In this document: one piece after another, positions 39,428-52,062 of the stretch | Layout: each line of letters begins with the position of its first letter | How positions within the stretch are numbered: position 1 is the first letter of the stretch | DNA from: Malacoraja senta | Taxonomy: Eukaryota | Assembly: GCA_038087875.1 (NCBI GenBank) | Contig: CM075993.1 | Span: 808,001-872,000 of the forward strand | Direction: 5' to 3' | Length of the DNA stretch: 64,000 nucleotides | Made by a program: the position numbers and the translations under genes | The notes under the pieces: model-generated | What the model saw: only the letters and a program-made list of their open reading frames with translations | Told to the model about the DNA's origin: nothing | The model's database searches: none

Positions 39428-40270
39428 GGCGGGGGCTGGGGTTGCGGGGGCTGGGGCTGGGGTTGCGGGGGCTGGGGCTGGGGTTGCGGGGGCTGGGGCT
39501 GGGGTTGCGGGGGCTGGGGCTGGGGTTGTGGGCAAGCGCTCCCCTCTCCCTAGCGCATCTTGCCCGGTGCCCGCTGCAGGGCCGCTCGGTGTCCGGGCCC
39601 GTCCGTCCGTCCGTCTGTCCGCTCCCGGGACGCTGCGAAAGTTTTGCTGCAAAGTTTCGTTTCGAAGTTCGCGGCTGCCTTTTAGCTCGGATTCCGACCC
39701 CCTCCCTCCCCCCCTCGGCGACCGTCTGCGGCCCGATCTCACCCCCCTGCTCCACCGAGACAGATCTCCACTCAACTTCTGCCCCTTGTTTGCAAACCCG
39801 CCCCGGCCTCGCCTCGCCCCTCCCCGTCTCCGCGGCTCCCAGCTCCCTGAACTCCTCATTTCCGGCCTCAGCCCCATCCCCGGGACCGGGAGCAGGCGGC
39901 CCAGACTCCGGGAGGCTCCCGCAACTCTCCCCCCCTCTCCCTCTCCCTCTCCCTCTCCCCCACACACTTCTTCCTCCCCCCCACTCCTCCTTCCCGCAAC
40001 ACTCACCTCTCCTGCTCACATCTCCCCGTTACCCAACCCACCCCCACCCCACACACTGCCCTGTGTACCTGCACCCCACCACCCCCACACACTGCCTTGT
40101 GTACCTGCACCCCACCACCCCCACACACTGCCTTGTGTACCTGCACCCCCCCCCCCTCCTCCCCTCCCCTCCCCCTCCCCCTCCCGGGCTCCACAGCACT
40201 GCCCCACTTGTGGGTCCGGGGTTGCGCGGTACATTTCCATTTGGGGTTGTGTGTATCATTGAGCGCCGCT
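38400..40270 (-). promoter_or_regulatory. CpG island covering SNX33 exon 1 and its promoter/5' UTR
   Basis: Very high GC and CpG content compared with the flanks. Confidence 0.65.
39430..39530. repeat. 21-bp G-rich tandem repeat immediately upstream of the SNX33 ATG
   Basis: (gggggctggggctggggttgc) about 4.5 copies. Confidence 0.9.
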
Positions 40271-40277
40271 GAAGCGA

Positions 40278-40395
40278 GAGACAGAGACAGAGGCAGAGAC
40301 AGAGACAGAGACAGAGACAGAGGCAGAGACAGAGGCAGAGACAGAGACAGAGACAGAGACAGAGGCAGAGACAGAGGCAGAGACAGAGGCAGAGG
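40278..40395. repeat. (AGAGAC/AGAGGC)n hexanucleotide microsatellite
   Basis: Seen directly. Confidence 0.95.
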
Positions 40396-40511
40396 CGGCC
40401 CACCTGTGGTGTCACTCCGGGAGCTGCTGTGGGCAGCATATTAGGTCTGCAGCTCGGACACTAACAGCGACAACCAGCCCCAGAGATGCAGCAATCCTGG
40501 CATCTCTCCGT

Positions 40512-40640
40512 CTGAAGAAGGGTCTCGACCCGAAACGTCACCCATTCCTTCTCTCCAGAGATGCTGCCTGTCCCGCTGAGCTACTCCAGCATTTTGTGTT
40601 TATCCTCGGTGTAAACCAGCATCTGCAGTTCCTTCCTACA
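40512..40640 (+). ncRNA. Penelope-associated repeat with an intact hammerhead core
   Basis: CTGAAGA-A-GGGTC-TC-GACCC-GAAAC-GTC at 40512-40539, followed by the conserved ~100-bp repeat body. Stem I is weak. Confidence 0.5.
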
Positions 40641-40789
40641 CATACTGGATAACTGTAAACCGGCTACATGTGACCAGGGCGATGAGAGAAATCACCTCTG
40701 GGGGTACATGTTTGTAGATACTTTCTCTTTAGCCACAAGTAGTCACAATATCAGACTAGTAATCCTTGGTTCAAATACTACTCACAACA

Positions 40790-41645
40790 GCAGGGCAATT
40801 TACATTCACCATGTTTAATAGTCTGATGGGGAAGCAGCTGTTCCTGAACCTGGATGTTGCATATTTCAGGCTTCTGTACCTTCTACCTGATGGCAGCGGA
40901 GAGATGAGTGTGTGGCCAGGATGGTGTGGGTCCTTGATGATGTTGGCAACTTTTTTGAGGCAGCGACTGCGATAGATCCCTTCGATGGTAGGAGGTCAGA
41001 GCCGATGATGGACTGGGCAGTGTTTACAACTTTTTGCAGTTTTTTCCACTCCTGGACGCTCAGGATCCCGTACCAAGCCACGATGCAACCGGTCAGCATG
41101 CTCTCTACTGTGCACCTGTAGATGTTCGAGAGAGTCCTCCTTGACATACCGACTCTCCGTAATCTTCTCAGGAAGTAGAGGCGCTGATATGCTTTCTTTA
41201 TGATTGCATCAGTGTTCACGGAACAGGAGAGATCTTCGGAAATATGCATGCCCAGGAATTTGAAGTTCTTGACCGTTTCCACCATCGACCCATTGATATA
41301 AACGGGACTGTGGGTCCCCATCCTACCCTTTTCCGAAGTCCACAATCAGTTCCTTGGTTTTGCTGGTGTTGAGAGCCATGTTATTGTGCTGGCACCATTT
41401 GGTCAATTGGTCGATCTCACTTCTATACTCTGACTCATCCCCATCCGTGATACGTCCCACAACAGTAGTGTCGTCGGCGAACTTGATGATGGAGTTTGCA
41501 CTATGACTGGCTACGCAGTCATGAGTATAGAGTGAGTACAGCAGGGGGCTGAGCACGCAGCCTTGAGGTGCTCCCGTGCTGATTGTTATCGAGGATGACA
41601 CATTTCCACCAATACGGACAGACTGTGGTCTGTGAATGAGGAAGT
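40790..41645 (-). mobile_element. Rex1/Babar-like non-LTR retrotransposon RT 3' fragment
   Basis: Reads STGAPQGCVLSPLLYSLYTHDC..IIKFADDTTVVG..LNTSKTKELIVDF and KAYQRLYFLRRLRR..IYRCTVESMLTGCIVAWYG. Related degraded pieces lie at about 44590-44780, 46230-46960 and 51140-51310. Confidence 0.85.
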
Positions 41646-43065
41646 CGAAGAAGATCATAAGAGATAGATCATAGGAGCAGAATTTGGCCTTTCGGCCCAT
41701 CAAGTCTACTCCGCCATTCAATCTATCTCTCCCTCCTAACCCCATTCTCCTGCCTTCTTCCCATAACCTCTGACACTCATACTAATGAAGAATTGATTTC
41801 TGCCTTTAAAATTATCCACTGCCTCCACAGTCTTCTGTGGCAAAGAATTCTACAGATTCACCACCCTGGTGTGAAACAATTAGACAAGTACATGGATAGG
41901 ACAGGTTTGGAGTGATATGGACCAAGAGCAGGCAGGTGGGACTAGTGTAGCTGGGACATGTTGGCCAGTGTGGGCAAGTGAGGTCGAAGGGCCTGTTTCC
42001 ACACCGTATCACTCTGACACAGGGAGAATTGACCAGGCTTGAGCACCCGGCAGCAACCTCAGGCACACGAGGGTCAACTGCTCACTAATATCAAGTGGCA
42101 GATTGGGAGAACAGCCCCACAGTCTCACTCCCAGCATCAAACTCCTGCAGCCAACACACCACACTCTGCCATCACATCGCTGTGTATTTCCCTGGGCCTG
42201 CAGTCAAGCACTGCGCTCAGTGTTATAAACAAACAACACACGAGAGATGTGGACTGGAACTCACTCACACGCTGTCCAGCCTCAGTCTTATCCATGTAAA
42301 GTGCTGCATCCCAACGTCCACACACACGCTCTGGATGCTGCTTCTGTGAATTCTGGTCACTGGCTCTGGGCATGTTTGGACAATGTAATCTGAGGCTTGT
42401 ATGAAGGCACCATCTGCTGGCACAGTGAGGAGCAGCAAGCACTGCAGGAGGGGGGATGGGTAATGGGGAACATTGATTGCAACACTGCTGGGCCTCTGCT
42501 TTCACAGGACACACACCAAACATGCAGCACGTGTGAGAGAGAACCAAGGTGATGAGAACCAGGCACTGAAGGAACTGACTGTCAGTCCAAAGTAGTCCTG
42601 TCGGAGGTAGACAAAAGTGCTGGAGAAACTCAGCGGGTGAGGCAGCATCTATGGAACGAGGAAATAGGCAAACGTTTCGAGCCGAAACCCTTGGTCCCAA
42701 GGATCTGGTGATCCAAAGGTGGACATGTTTGTAGGTTAATTGGCTTGGTATAAATGTAAACTGTCCCTAGTGTGTGTACACGATAGTGTAAGTGTGCGGG
42801 GATCGCTGGTTGGCGTGGACTCAGTGGCAGGCAAGGGGCCTGCTTCCACGCTGAATCTCTAAACTAAGTCTACATCTGTGGGGTGGCTCCTGAGAGAGGA
42901 TGATGTGGTTGATCAACCTGCAAGGTTCTCTGCTTTCTGCAATTGTTCTTGTGGATTAGAGGTTATCAAACACAAACCTACTAATAAAGATGGGAAAGAG
43001 AAATCAGGGAACAACAATCCTCAGTGGTTGGGAAATTATTGGAATCCATAATGTAGGATATCATA

Positions 43066-43555
43066 TGTAGGAAAGAACTGCAGATGCTGGTTTAAATCGA
43101 AGGTAAACACAAAATGCTGGAGTAACTCAGCGGGACAGGCAGCATCTCTGGAGAGAAGGAATGGGTGACGCTTTCGGGTCGAGACCCTTCTTCAGACTGG
43201 TTAGGGATAAGGGAAACAAGAGATATAGACGGTGATGTGGAGAGATAAAGAACAATGAATGAAAGATATGCAGAAAAGTTATGATGATAAAGGAATCAGG
43301 CCATTGTTAGCTGTTTGTAGGGTGAAAATGAGACGCTAGTGCGACTTGGGTGGGGGAGGGATAGAGAGAGAGGGAATGCCGGGGCTACCTGAAGTGAGAG
43401 AAATCAATATTCATACCACTGGGCTGTAAGCTGCCCTAGTGAAATATGAGACGCTGTTCCTCTAATTTGCATTTAGCCTCAACGCTGGCAATGGAGGAGG
43501 CTGAGGACAAAAAGATATGTGTAGGAATGGGAAGGAGAATGAAAGTGTCCAGCAG
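43066..43555 (-). mobile_element. Penelope-like 3' end: GIY-YIG C-terminus, ~190-nt UTR and hammerhead-motif repeat
   Basis: Minus strand reads KCKLEEQRLIFH*GSLQPSGMNIDFSHFR* (stop 43387-43385), then CTGAAGA at 43195-43189, GGGTC/GACCC and GAAA(G)CGTC. Confidence 0.8.
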
Positions 43556-45464
43556 CGGCTGTCTCGCCATCAGTCTGTCTCGTCCTTTTCCTGCTTTGTT
43601 TTAATTTTAATACGTGTTAAATGTATGTGTTAGTGTTCTTTAGCTTTGTTTTATGTCGGTGGTGGGGGTTGGGGGAAACTTTTTTCAATCTCTTACCTCG
43701 ACGGAGATGCGATTTTTTCCCGCATCATATCTCCGTCCGCACTGCGGCCTAACATCATGGAGCTGGCAGTCCCTGTCCGGGATCAACCTTGAAGCTCCAA
43801 CCGTGGGAGCCTGCGGAATTTAACATCGTGGAGCTCGCGGTCCATGGTTAGGGAGAGACTTCGGAGCTCCAGGCCGCATGAGCTTCGTCCGCCCTGACGC
43901 GGGAGCTTCGATTGCGCCAGCTGTGGGAGCTTCGATTGCGGATGGTTTGACTGCTCCTATCGCGGGAGAATAAGAGAAGGAAGAAGATAAATCTTTATTG
44001 CCTTCCATCACAGTGAGGAATGTGGGGAATCCACTGTGGTGGATATTTATGTTACTTTTATGTAGCTGTGTGTCTTGTTGCTTTTTATTTAGTATTGCTG
44101 TATGGTAACTCAAGTTTCACTGTACCTTAATTAGTACACGTGACAATAATAATAATAATAAACGTTATTTCGGACTCAAGGTCCAGACAAGGGACAACGT
44201 TACATAAAAAATACATTGCATATTAAAAACATCATAAAGTACATATAAAATCTTAGTATATCACTTTCAATTCAATTCAATTCCTTTATTGTCATCTTGC
44301 AAGCAACAGTTGTGCAGTGCAAAACGAAAAGACGTTTCCCAGGGAATACCGGAGCATCGCACATGAAGTTTAAAACATTTCACACATAATAATAATAATA
44401 ATAACAACACTAAAACAATCCAGTCCCTGATGGAACAGTATAAGTTAAAATAGATACAAACAACGTTAAAATACAGTAAGACCAATCATAAACATGTCCG
44501 GGGTGGCTGATTTGAGTGGCCAGTGCCAGTTATTGAAGTGGCCAGTGCCAGTTATTATAGTGTCCGTGCCAAGCCGCAGAATCAGGTGACTGTGAGTACA
44601 GAGTGGCTGTTTAGCAGCCTCACAGCATATGGCAGGAAGCTGTTTAGCAGTCTTGTAGTCCGGGCTTTGATGCTGCGATATCTCTTGCCTGATGGCAGGA
44701 GATCCAGGTGTATGTGGAGGGGGTGCATTTTGTCCTTGGCAATTTTTTGAGCTTTTTTCCGACAGCGGCTCAGGAACTTATAAAAGCATCATAAGTTATA
44801 TATTAAAAAAAACACAATTCATGAATTAAAATCCAGAATAAAAAGAATGATCAATGTCCTACAATGAGACAACGATACCAGTGTCTCCACAACTGGGAAT
44901 TGGTAGCGTGTAGTGCTAAACCTTATGTTTGTCAAGGCACAATAATTACATTTTTAGAGTCATTTATCCTGCAGATGAATTTATACATATGATTTCTTAG
45001 GGTAGCTTCTAAAGTACTGACTCCTGCAGCACAAACATGTTACTAGCACCACACCACCAGGTACAGGAGCCTGAAGACTGCAAGGACCAGGTTCAGGAAC
45101 AGCTACTTCCCCACAGCCATCAGGCTATTAAACCTGGCTCGGACATAACACAACTTTACTAGCCAATACTGTTATTTGCACTTTATCAGTATATTGACCA
45201 TTGTGTATATATTTATAGAATGCCTTGTAGTAAATGCCTACTATGTTCTGTTGTGCTCATGCAAAGCAAGAATGTCATTGTCCTACCAGGGACACATGAC
45301 AATAAACTCACTTGACTTGACTTGACTTGACTTGACCATCTAGGTTTCCCCAGCAGTGTTGTCTTTCCATAGTTCCACCACAGGGGGGCGCAATATGCTC
45401 TAAACAGCCACATCTTCACCTTTTGACCTTTGAAATTACCTTTGAACCTTTTTCTTTGCAAGGA

Positions 45465-46000
45465 GCAGCGGCGGCGTGGTCACGCGTAGCGCCGGGCACG
45501 CGCACGTCAGCGGGCACGCGCACGTCCAGCGGGCACGCGCACGGCCAGCGGGCACGCGCACGGCCAGCGGGCACGCACACGCACCCCCCCCTCCTGCCGG
45601 GGAACAATAAAGCACTGTTGAGGGGCGTGACGGGAACAATAAAGCATCATTGAGGGGTGCTGGGCACGAAATGGCGGCGGAGCGGCGGCGGCCGGAGCTG
45701 GAGGTGGACACGGAGACAGAGACAGAGACAGAGACGGACACGGAGACCGGCAGCGCCGGGCTGGAGGGAGAGGACTTCTTCATCGGCAGCGTGAGTGCGC
45801 CGACCCGACCCCCTGCCCGACCCTGCCCGACCGCCGGCCGGCCCGGAGCTCCGGACACAGGGAAGACGGTCCGGGCCTGGCCTTGGACACCGGGAGAGCC
45901 GGCCCATCCCCGTCCCATCCCCATCCCCATCCCCATCCCCATCCCGGGCGTCTCCGCTCCCACCGCCTTTCACCGGTCCCCCGGCTCTCTCTACACCCCC
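45465..46000 (+). promoter_or_regulatory. CpG island and promoter of SNX1, with a 19-bp tandem GGGCACGCGCAC repeat
   Basis: CpG-dense stretch around the ATG, with about 5 copies of cagcgggcacgcgcacg(g/t)c at 45493-45585. Confidence 0.7.
45671..45790 (+). CDS. SNX1: Sorting nexin 1, exon 1
   Basis: ATG in gaaATGG context inside a CpG island. Reads MAAERRRPELEVDTETETETETDTETGSAGLEGEDFFIGS (cf. SNX1 EGEDIFTG). Donor gtgagt at 45791, phase 0. Confidence 0.8.
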
Positions 46001-49000
46001 CCCCCCCCCCTGTCCTTTAACCCCCGATCTCGGTCTGATTGCGTTGATTTCTTGTCAAGGCAACCGAGGTTCAGTGTAAACTCTGCCGTGAGTGCTCTCC
46101 AGGCAGGTCGTCACCTGCAGGAGTTACCTCGGTGAAAGTAAACAGTGCAGAACATAGTTTGACAGCTGCAGGAAAAGTGCAAGGGCAGCAACGAGGTTGA
46201 ACTTGTCCCTAGCCTCTGCAAGGACTGTCCAACAGTCTGATCACAGCTGTCATCCTATAATCTGGGGAGAAGCTGTTCTTTAATTAATGCATGTGCTTTC
46301 CCACCTTTGTATCTTCTGCAGAGTGGAAGAGGAGAGAAGGGAGTAACTGGCTGGTTTGTGTATCTGTCTGCGCTGCTTTCTCAACTCTTCAACACAGTTT
46401 TGGGCAGACCAGTTGCTATTCCTAGCTCTGATGCACGATACTTTCCACGGTGGGTCTGTAGCTGTTAGTAACAGCCGCTGACAGTATTGTGAATTTCCTT
46501 GGCCTCCTGAGGAAGTGGTGTTGTTGGTGTGCTTTCATGGATGTATTAAAGTGTTTAGACTGGACAAATGGTTGGTGATGTTTACACCTGGGATCTTGAG
46601 CTCTTGACCATCATTACTTTAGTACCATTGCTACAGACTGGGGTGTATGCTTCACTCTGATTCCTGAAGCTGATGACAGGTCCTTTGTTTTGCTGACATT
46701 GAGGGAGAGGTTGTTGTTTTGACACCGTGTCACCGTACAGAGAGGGGAGTAAGGAGCTGAGAACGCATCCTTGCGGAGCACCAGTGTGATAATTATAGTG
46801 GAGGATGTTTTGTTGCCTATTCTCATGTTTGCGATCTATGGATCAGGAAGTTGAGAATCACTGAGTTCCAGGTCCAGGCTCCTGGAGATGACTGGTTACA
46901 GTTGAAGGCAGAGCTGTAGTCAATAAATAGTCTGGTGTTGGTGTCCTTGTTATCCAGATGTTCTGGTGTGTATTATACAGCGCAGAGAGCCAGTTTGGTG
47001 CTTGCTGCCGTTTCCTGGTGTGAAATATTTCCAGTCTGCGTTGCTTGTGGAGTTTTGGGTCTCCTTGGTCTTTGCTTTTTATGAGAAGTTTGGCAGAGTA
47101 TTTTACTACAGTGTTGTGTTGCGTGTAAACCTAATTCTCATTTGCTTAATTAGTGTTTGCACTTTCAGTTTTTTACAAAGCATAAGACTTGGGGCACGAG
47201 TGAATCTCCAAACCTGCTCTGCCATTCACTATGGCAACAGCTGTCAGTTCCCTATAACTATTTCATGAATTTTCAGAACTTTATCTACTTCCTCTTTAAA
47301 TACTGAGAACCTTCTTGAGTGGAGAGTTGTGGAGGTTTGCATCCTCTGCGAGAAGTGGCTCTGTTTTGAATGACTTTCCTGATGTGGCAACTCAGTGCCT
47401 TCGTTTGAGGTTCTCATCGTGGAAATGCTGTTTCCCCCTATGTTTCAATATGAGCAAACCGCGCGCGCTCTTCTAAACTCCAAAGAATTTGGATCTCATT
47501 TCTTTAGCTGCCTTATGAAGCTAGACCTCTAGTGTTAGGAAGTAGTCCAGTGAATCTCTTTTAGAAACTACTTCCTATCTCTAGACCAACCCTTTTGTAA
47601 TAAAGACCAATTTGCCAGATAGTGCTGTTTGTTTCTTTGACACGTACTGCTTTGAACGTTTCAGTGATTAAATTGCCTGAATCTACTGTTGTATGTCAAG
47701 TTTTCTGCTTATCTAATTAAAGATTAATGCTACTTTAAATTGGATCTCTGTTCCAAAAGCTTACTTCCTGAACAGGTTAGCATACCAGATGGCATGTCAC
47801 ATGGTTAGTGTTTTATGTAGGAGCATAATGTTAGTTGACAGTGTGGTGGAATGTTGCTGTTCTAGTGTAGGTGTGCTTGTGGGAATCTTATTCCTCATTG
47901 TAACTGGATACCTATTGCGATAGTGCTGAGTGTAGCAAGGATGTTCACTTGGCCGCTGTTAATAAGTCTAGTTCCTCTGGTGCTGAAATGTTGGTATCCT
48001 AGTTTGTTATCAATAGCCTCTGGGAAATTAACTAAATGGACCACTGCTTTAGATGACTGTGGTGTTTGAGACAAACCCTTGTGTTTGACTGAAGATAGAC
48101 ACAAAATGCTGGAGTAACTCAGCGGGACAGGCAGCATCTTTGGATAGAAGGAATGAGTGACGTTTCTGGTTGAGACCCATCCTCAGACTTTTTTTAAATC
48201 GTGTTGCCTGAATGTTTTAGGTTGCTACTTTCATTCTCTCCCACCTTCCATATATCCCTAGCTCTCATCTTGCCCATTTGAGCTCAGAGACTCCTTTCAG
48301 ACTGCTCTCTGATCTGCAGTTTCCTTTTATTTGGTGTGGCATTGTTGGTTTGTGCAGTGGTGCCACATGCTGGCAGACATGCTCGCGTTATTGCTTCGTG
48401 CTTGCTTTTTGGGTGTTTATTCCTTGTGCTTCAGCAACTGCATTACTTGAATGTTGCAAATGTCTTTGCTAAACATTCTAGTAAATAGCTGTCTGTCCCC
48501 CTGAGTTACTCCAGCTTTTTGTGTCTATCTTCTGTTCAAACCAGCATCTGCCATTCCTTTCGACACATTGTAAATAGTCGGCATTGGGACTCTTTCTGCC
48601 TCAACTCTGCCATTGTAGTGGCTAGAACACAGTGAAACTACTGAGAATGAATCTTCAGTAAATGCTGCCTGCATGATGGGTGGTTGTGGAGACAGGATAA
48701 AAGGTTGTGCTAGAAGGTTACAATTTGTGGCAGTCTCGAACTAGAGTGGTAGAGGTTGTAGATCTGAGAGGTTGTGTCAAGTAGCTTTGTTGACTAACTG
48801 CATGCATTTTGTAGACGGCCTGCAGTACTTCAGTGATGAAAGAAGGGCACGGGTAGGGAGATGACGTTTAAGTCGAGGAGCGAGTTACTTGCTGCTAATC
48901 CAGTATTTGTGGCTGCACTAGTACCTTTAGAATGGAGATGAGGAAGAATTTCTTCAGCTAAAGGGTGAATTTATTGCCACGGGCGGCTGTGGGGGCCAGG

Positions 49001-49096
49001 TCATTGGTAATTTTAAAGCAGAGATTGATGGGTTTTTTGATTCGTATGGATGTCAAAGGTTCTAGGGAGAAGGCAGGAGAATGGCGAAGAGCCTAA

Positions 49097-52062
49097 AAGC
49101 CCTGTTACACTGTGCGAGCTGACCCACGAGGTACACCGAGTGAAAGACTCGTGGTTGCGTACGAGACTACAAGTTTATGATGCAGAGTTTAACCGAGTTC
49201 CCACGGGTATGTCTAAGTTTGCCGTTTACTTCTCATTTCTGCGATGTTCCAAGTTCGTCTCCCGAGTGTACCAAGTTCCTCTCCCGTTAATCTTGAGGCA
49301 ACAATGTATATCGACGTGTTGAAAAATCATATCATGTTGAAAAAATGATGTCATGCTTTTTTTTTACATACTATAAAAAGCCTGCCTTGTTTAAATTGGC
49401 TGTTGAATCTCCTGTTGTATCTCCTGTTGCCTCTCCTCCTCCTGTATGACTATAGCCTCCATGGCAGGTTTTTTGTAAGGCTCTGCTCTTCCCTTTCGTC
49501 GAACTTTTCTGGGAGCCATCTCTAGCAAGCTTCTTATCAAAAAGATTCACCAGCAATGAGGTGAAACGCCCAAGATTGACTCGGGTCACATGCTGATGTT
49601 GAAGTCACCTTTTTTTTACTCACCTTTTTTTTTCCTCTGTCCAGCTGACGAGTTCAGAGTGCACATGAGAGTCACCGGAGTCATGTCTGATTGCCTGGGC
49701 AGCCTACCAGCTTCCACAGTCTACATTGTACAAAGCATCATATTGTGATGCATCAATACCTGTTTTGGGAGCAGCTTTGCCCTAGAGCGCAGTATATATT
49801 ACAGAGACTTGCAAATGTAGTGCAGTCTATTACACAGGCCAGCTTTTCCCCTATCAACTCAATCTACACTTCGACCTGCTTCGGGAAGCAGCCAACGTAC
49901 CATTCCTTCCTCTCCTTTCACCCCGTGAGCAGATAATACAAACGCTCACATACATGTACTACCTGATTCAGGGACAGCTCCTTCCTCACTGTCATTAGAT
50001 TGCTGAAACTGAAGTTTTTCGGTGTGTGAAGAAGGGTCTCGACCCGAAACGTCACCCATTCTTTCACTCCAGAGATGCTGCCTGTCTCGCTGAGTCCAGC
50101 ATTTTGTGCCTATCTTCTCATAACTGAAGTCCTGATCTCCTGATATACCCCATTACAGCTCTTGGACAAAAAAACTGGAAACTTTGTTGTGTTGTATCTG
50201 CACGCTGGTATTTTTTTCTCTTTGTGCTAGCTATTTATTGCACTTATGTACGGCTTTATTTCAAAACTCGCAAACATTCAGGTGACAAAATAACCCAATA
50301 TCAATACCATGTCCGCCTCATCCAGTTTATGGGGGGGGGGGGGGGTAGGATCATGATATGAATCTGTGCCAAGTTGTAAAACTCCAGCCGGGATACCGTC
50401 GTCTCCGGGTTCGTGATCATACCAGTAATATTGTGAGGATCGACATACTGTTGGCACTCGCAATATTACTGGCATTATCACTAATCAATTATTACATCTC
50501 AAAATTTGTGTAACAATATTTCATGTTCCCCGGGAACATTAGCACTTTAACACTGCACTTTGGGATCTTATTTGCCATCGGGTAAAAGATTGTGATTATG
50601 GTCATGTTAAGAATTAAAAGTCATAAAATCAATGTGTGAAAATGATTCTTATTTTTCAAAGTCTCTCATAGGAAACAATGAGCGTATAGAGCCCAGGGAG
50701 AGGGGGAGAAAGGGACGTACACTCACAGAGGCAGAGTCTCTCAGCCTGTGTGAGAGGGAGGGAGGGAGAGAGAGACACACACACACGGGTGGATGTGAAA
50801 TCTCACCTACCCGTTTCAGTGACAGGCACCCGCAGCCAGTGAATGAAGACACCCCCATCTGTCTCTCCCTCCACTCTCCACCCCCTCTCCTCCACCCCAC
50901 CCCCATCACCCCCCCCTCCCCCAATTTGGAAATGTCATCCCATCACCCATTCCTTCTCTCCAGAGATGCTGCCTGCCCGCTGTTAAAGAGTTCCCACTTG
51001 CAGCAGCATAACAGGCCAGTAAACACAATACATAGATAATATACTAAACAAAGAAAATATATATTAAAAAATCCAGTATTATTGCAAAAATCCCAAAGTC
51101 CTTAGTGCAACCAAGGCAGTTTGTAGTTCATAGTTTAGTTAGCATTTGTAGTGTTCAAGAGCCCGATGGTTGTTGGGAAGAAGCTGTTCTTGAACCTGGA
51201 GGTCATGGTTTTCAGATTCTTATACCTTCTGCTCAGCAGGAATGAAATGAGAGCATGGCCAGGGTAGTGTGGGTCCATGACAATGCTGGCTGCCTTTTTG
51301 AGGCAGCACCTCATATAGAACCCTTTGATTCAGTAAAGTTCAGTAAAGAGATCGGGAATCTGGCATCATGGCTTGAGAATAAAACCCAGCCTTTAACATC
51401 CGCATAATGAAAGAGTTGGTGTTGTCCTACGGAACAGGGGTACAGGAGAGGTGAACACAACCCTGTCTTCTTCAAAAGCACTGGTAGAGATGGCTTCTGG
51501 ACGTGACTGGCAAACCTCAGATTAGGCTGCCATGAAGTGTCATAAAATGTTCTCACGCTGTTCCTCAATACTGGTTTGTCTTAAGGTTGTGAGCTTAGTC
51601 CCAAATACACAAAATCTATATATAAACTTCAAGCAATTTTTTCTTTTCAACCCACTCTGTCACCTTATCAATAACTTTTACTTTGTTAAGCAGAATTTGT
51701 CTTTAAAAAGTCTAAGTAACTGATATTTCTGTCCCTGATTATTGTTTCTAAAAACAGTTCCCACGGTAGAATCACGAGTCACAAAGGTAAACGCACGGGC
51801 CACTACGTTCTTACAACGAGTTGAAATGTTTCAAATTTTAACCTCAAGAGTACATTTTACTCGTGGAAAAGTTCAAACATGTTTGAACTTTTTCAAGAGT
51901 TAACAAGTTTCACGGGTACCTGCCGTTAGCGCCACGAGTCGCTAAGTTGCGTCCACGAGTTCCGACGTTCCCGCTACGTTAATTGTACGTGATTACCACG
52001 AGTTAAATTTGTTTTAAACTCAGGGTACCTCGTGGGTCAGCTCGCACAGTGTAACAGGGGTT
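49097..52062. mobile_element. Non-autonomous PIF/Harbinger-type DNA transposon with ~38-bp TIRs and TAA target-site duplication
   Basis: Left end aagccctgttacactgtgcgagctgacccacgaggtac; right end gtacctcgtgggtcagctcgcacagtgtaacaggggtt (one mismatch). TAA at 49094-49096 and 52063-52065. Confidence 0.8.

Noticed and set aside
38588..40019. 472-aa and 420-aa minus-strand ORFs as separate proteins or a long N-terminal extension
   Set aside because: They are frameshifted pieces of SNX33 exon 1 extended through GC-rich promoter sequence. Homology begins at the ATG at 39427.
38683..40272. Long plus-strand ORFs opposite SNX33
   Set aside because: Antisense shadows of GC-rich, stop-poor sequence with no domain signal.
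40029..40444. ORFs with (CL)n or (RD)n tracts
   Set aside because: These are translations of the AGAGAC microsatellite.
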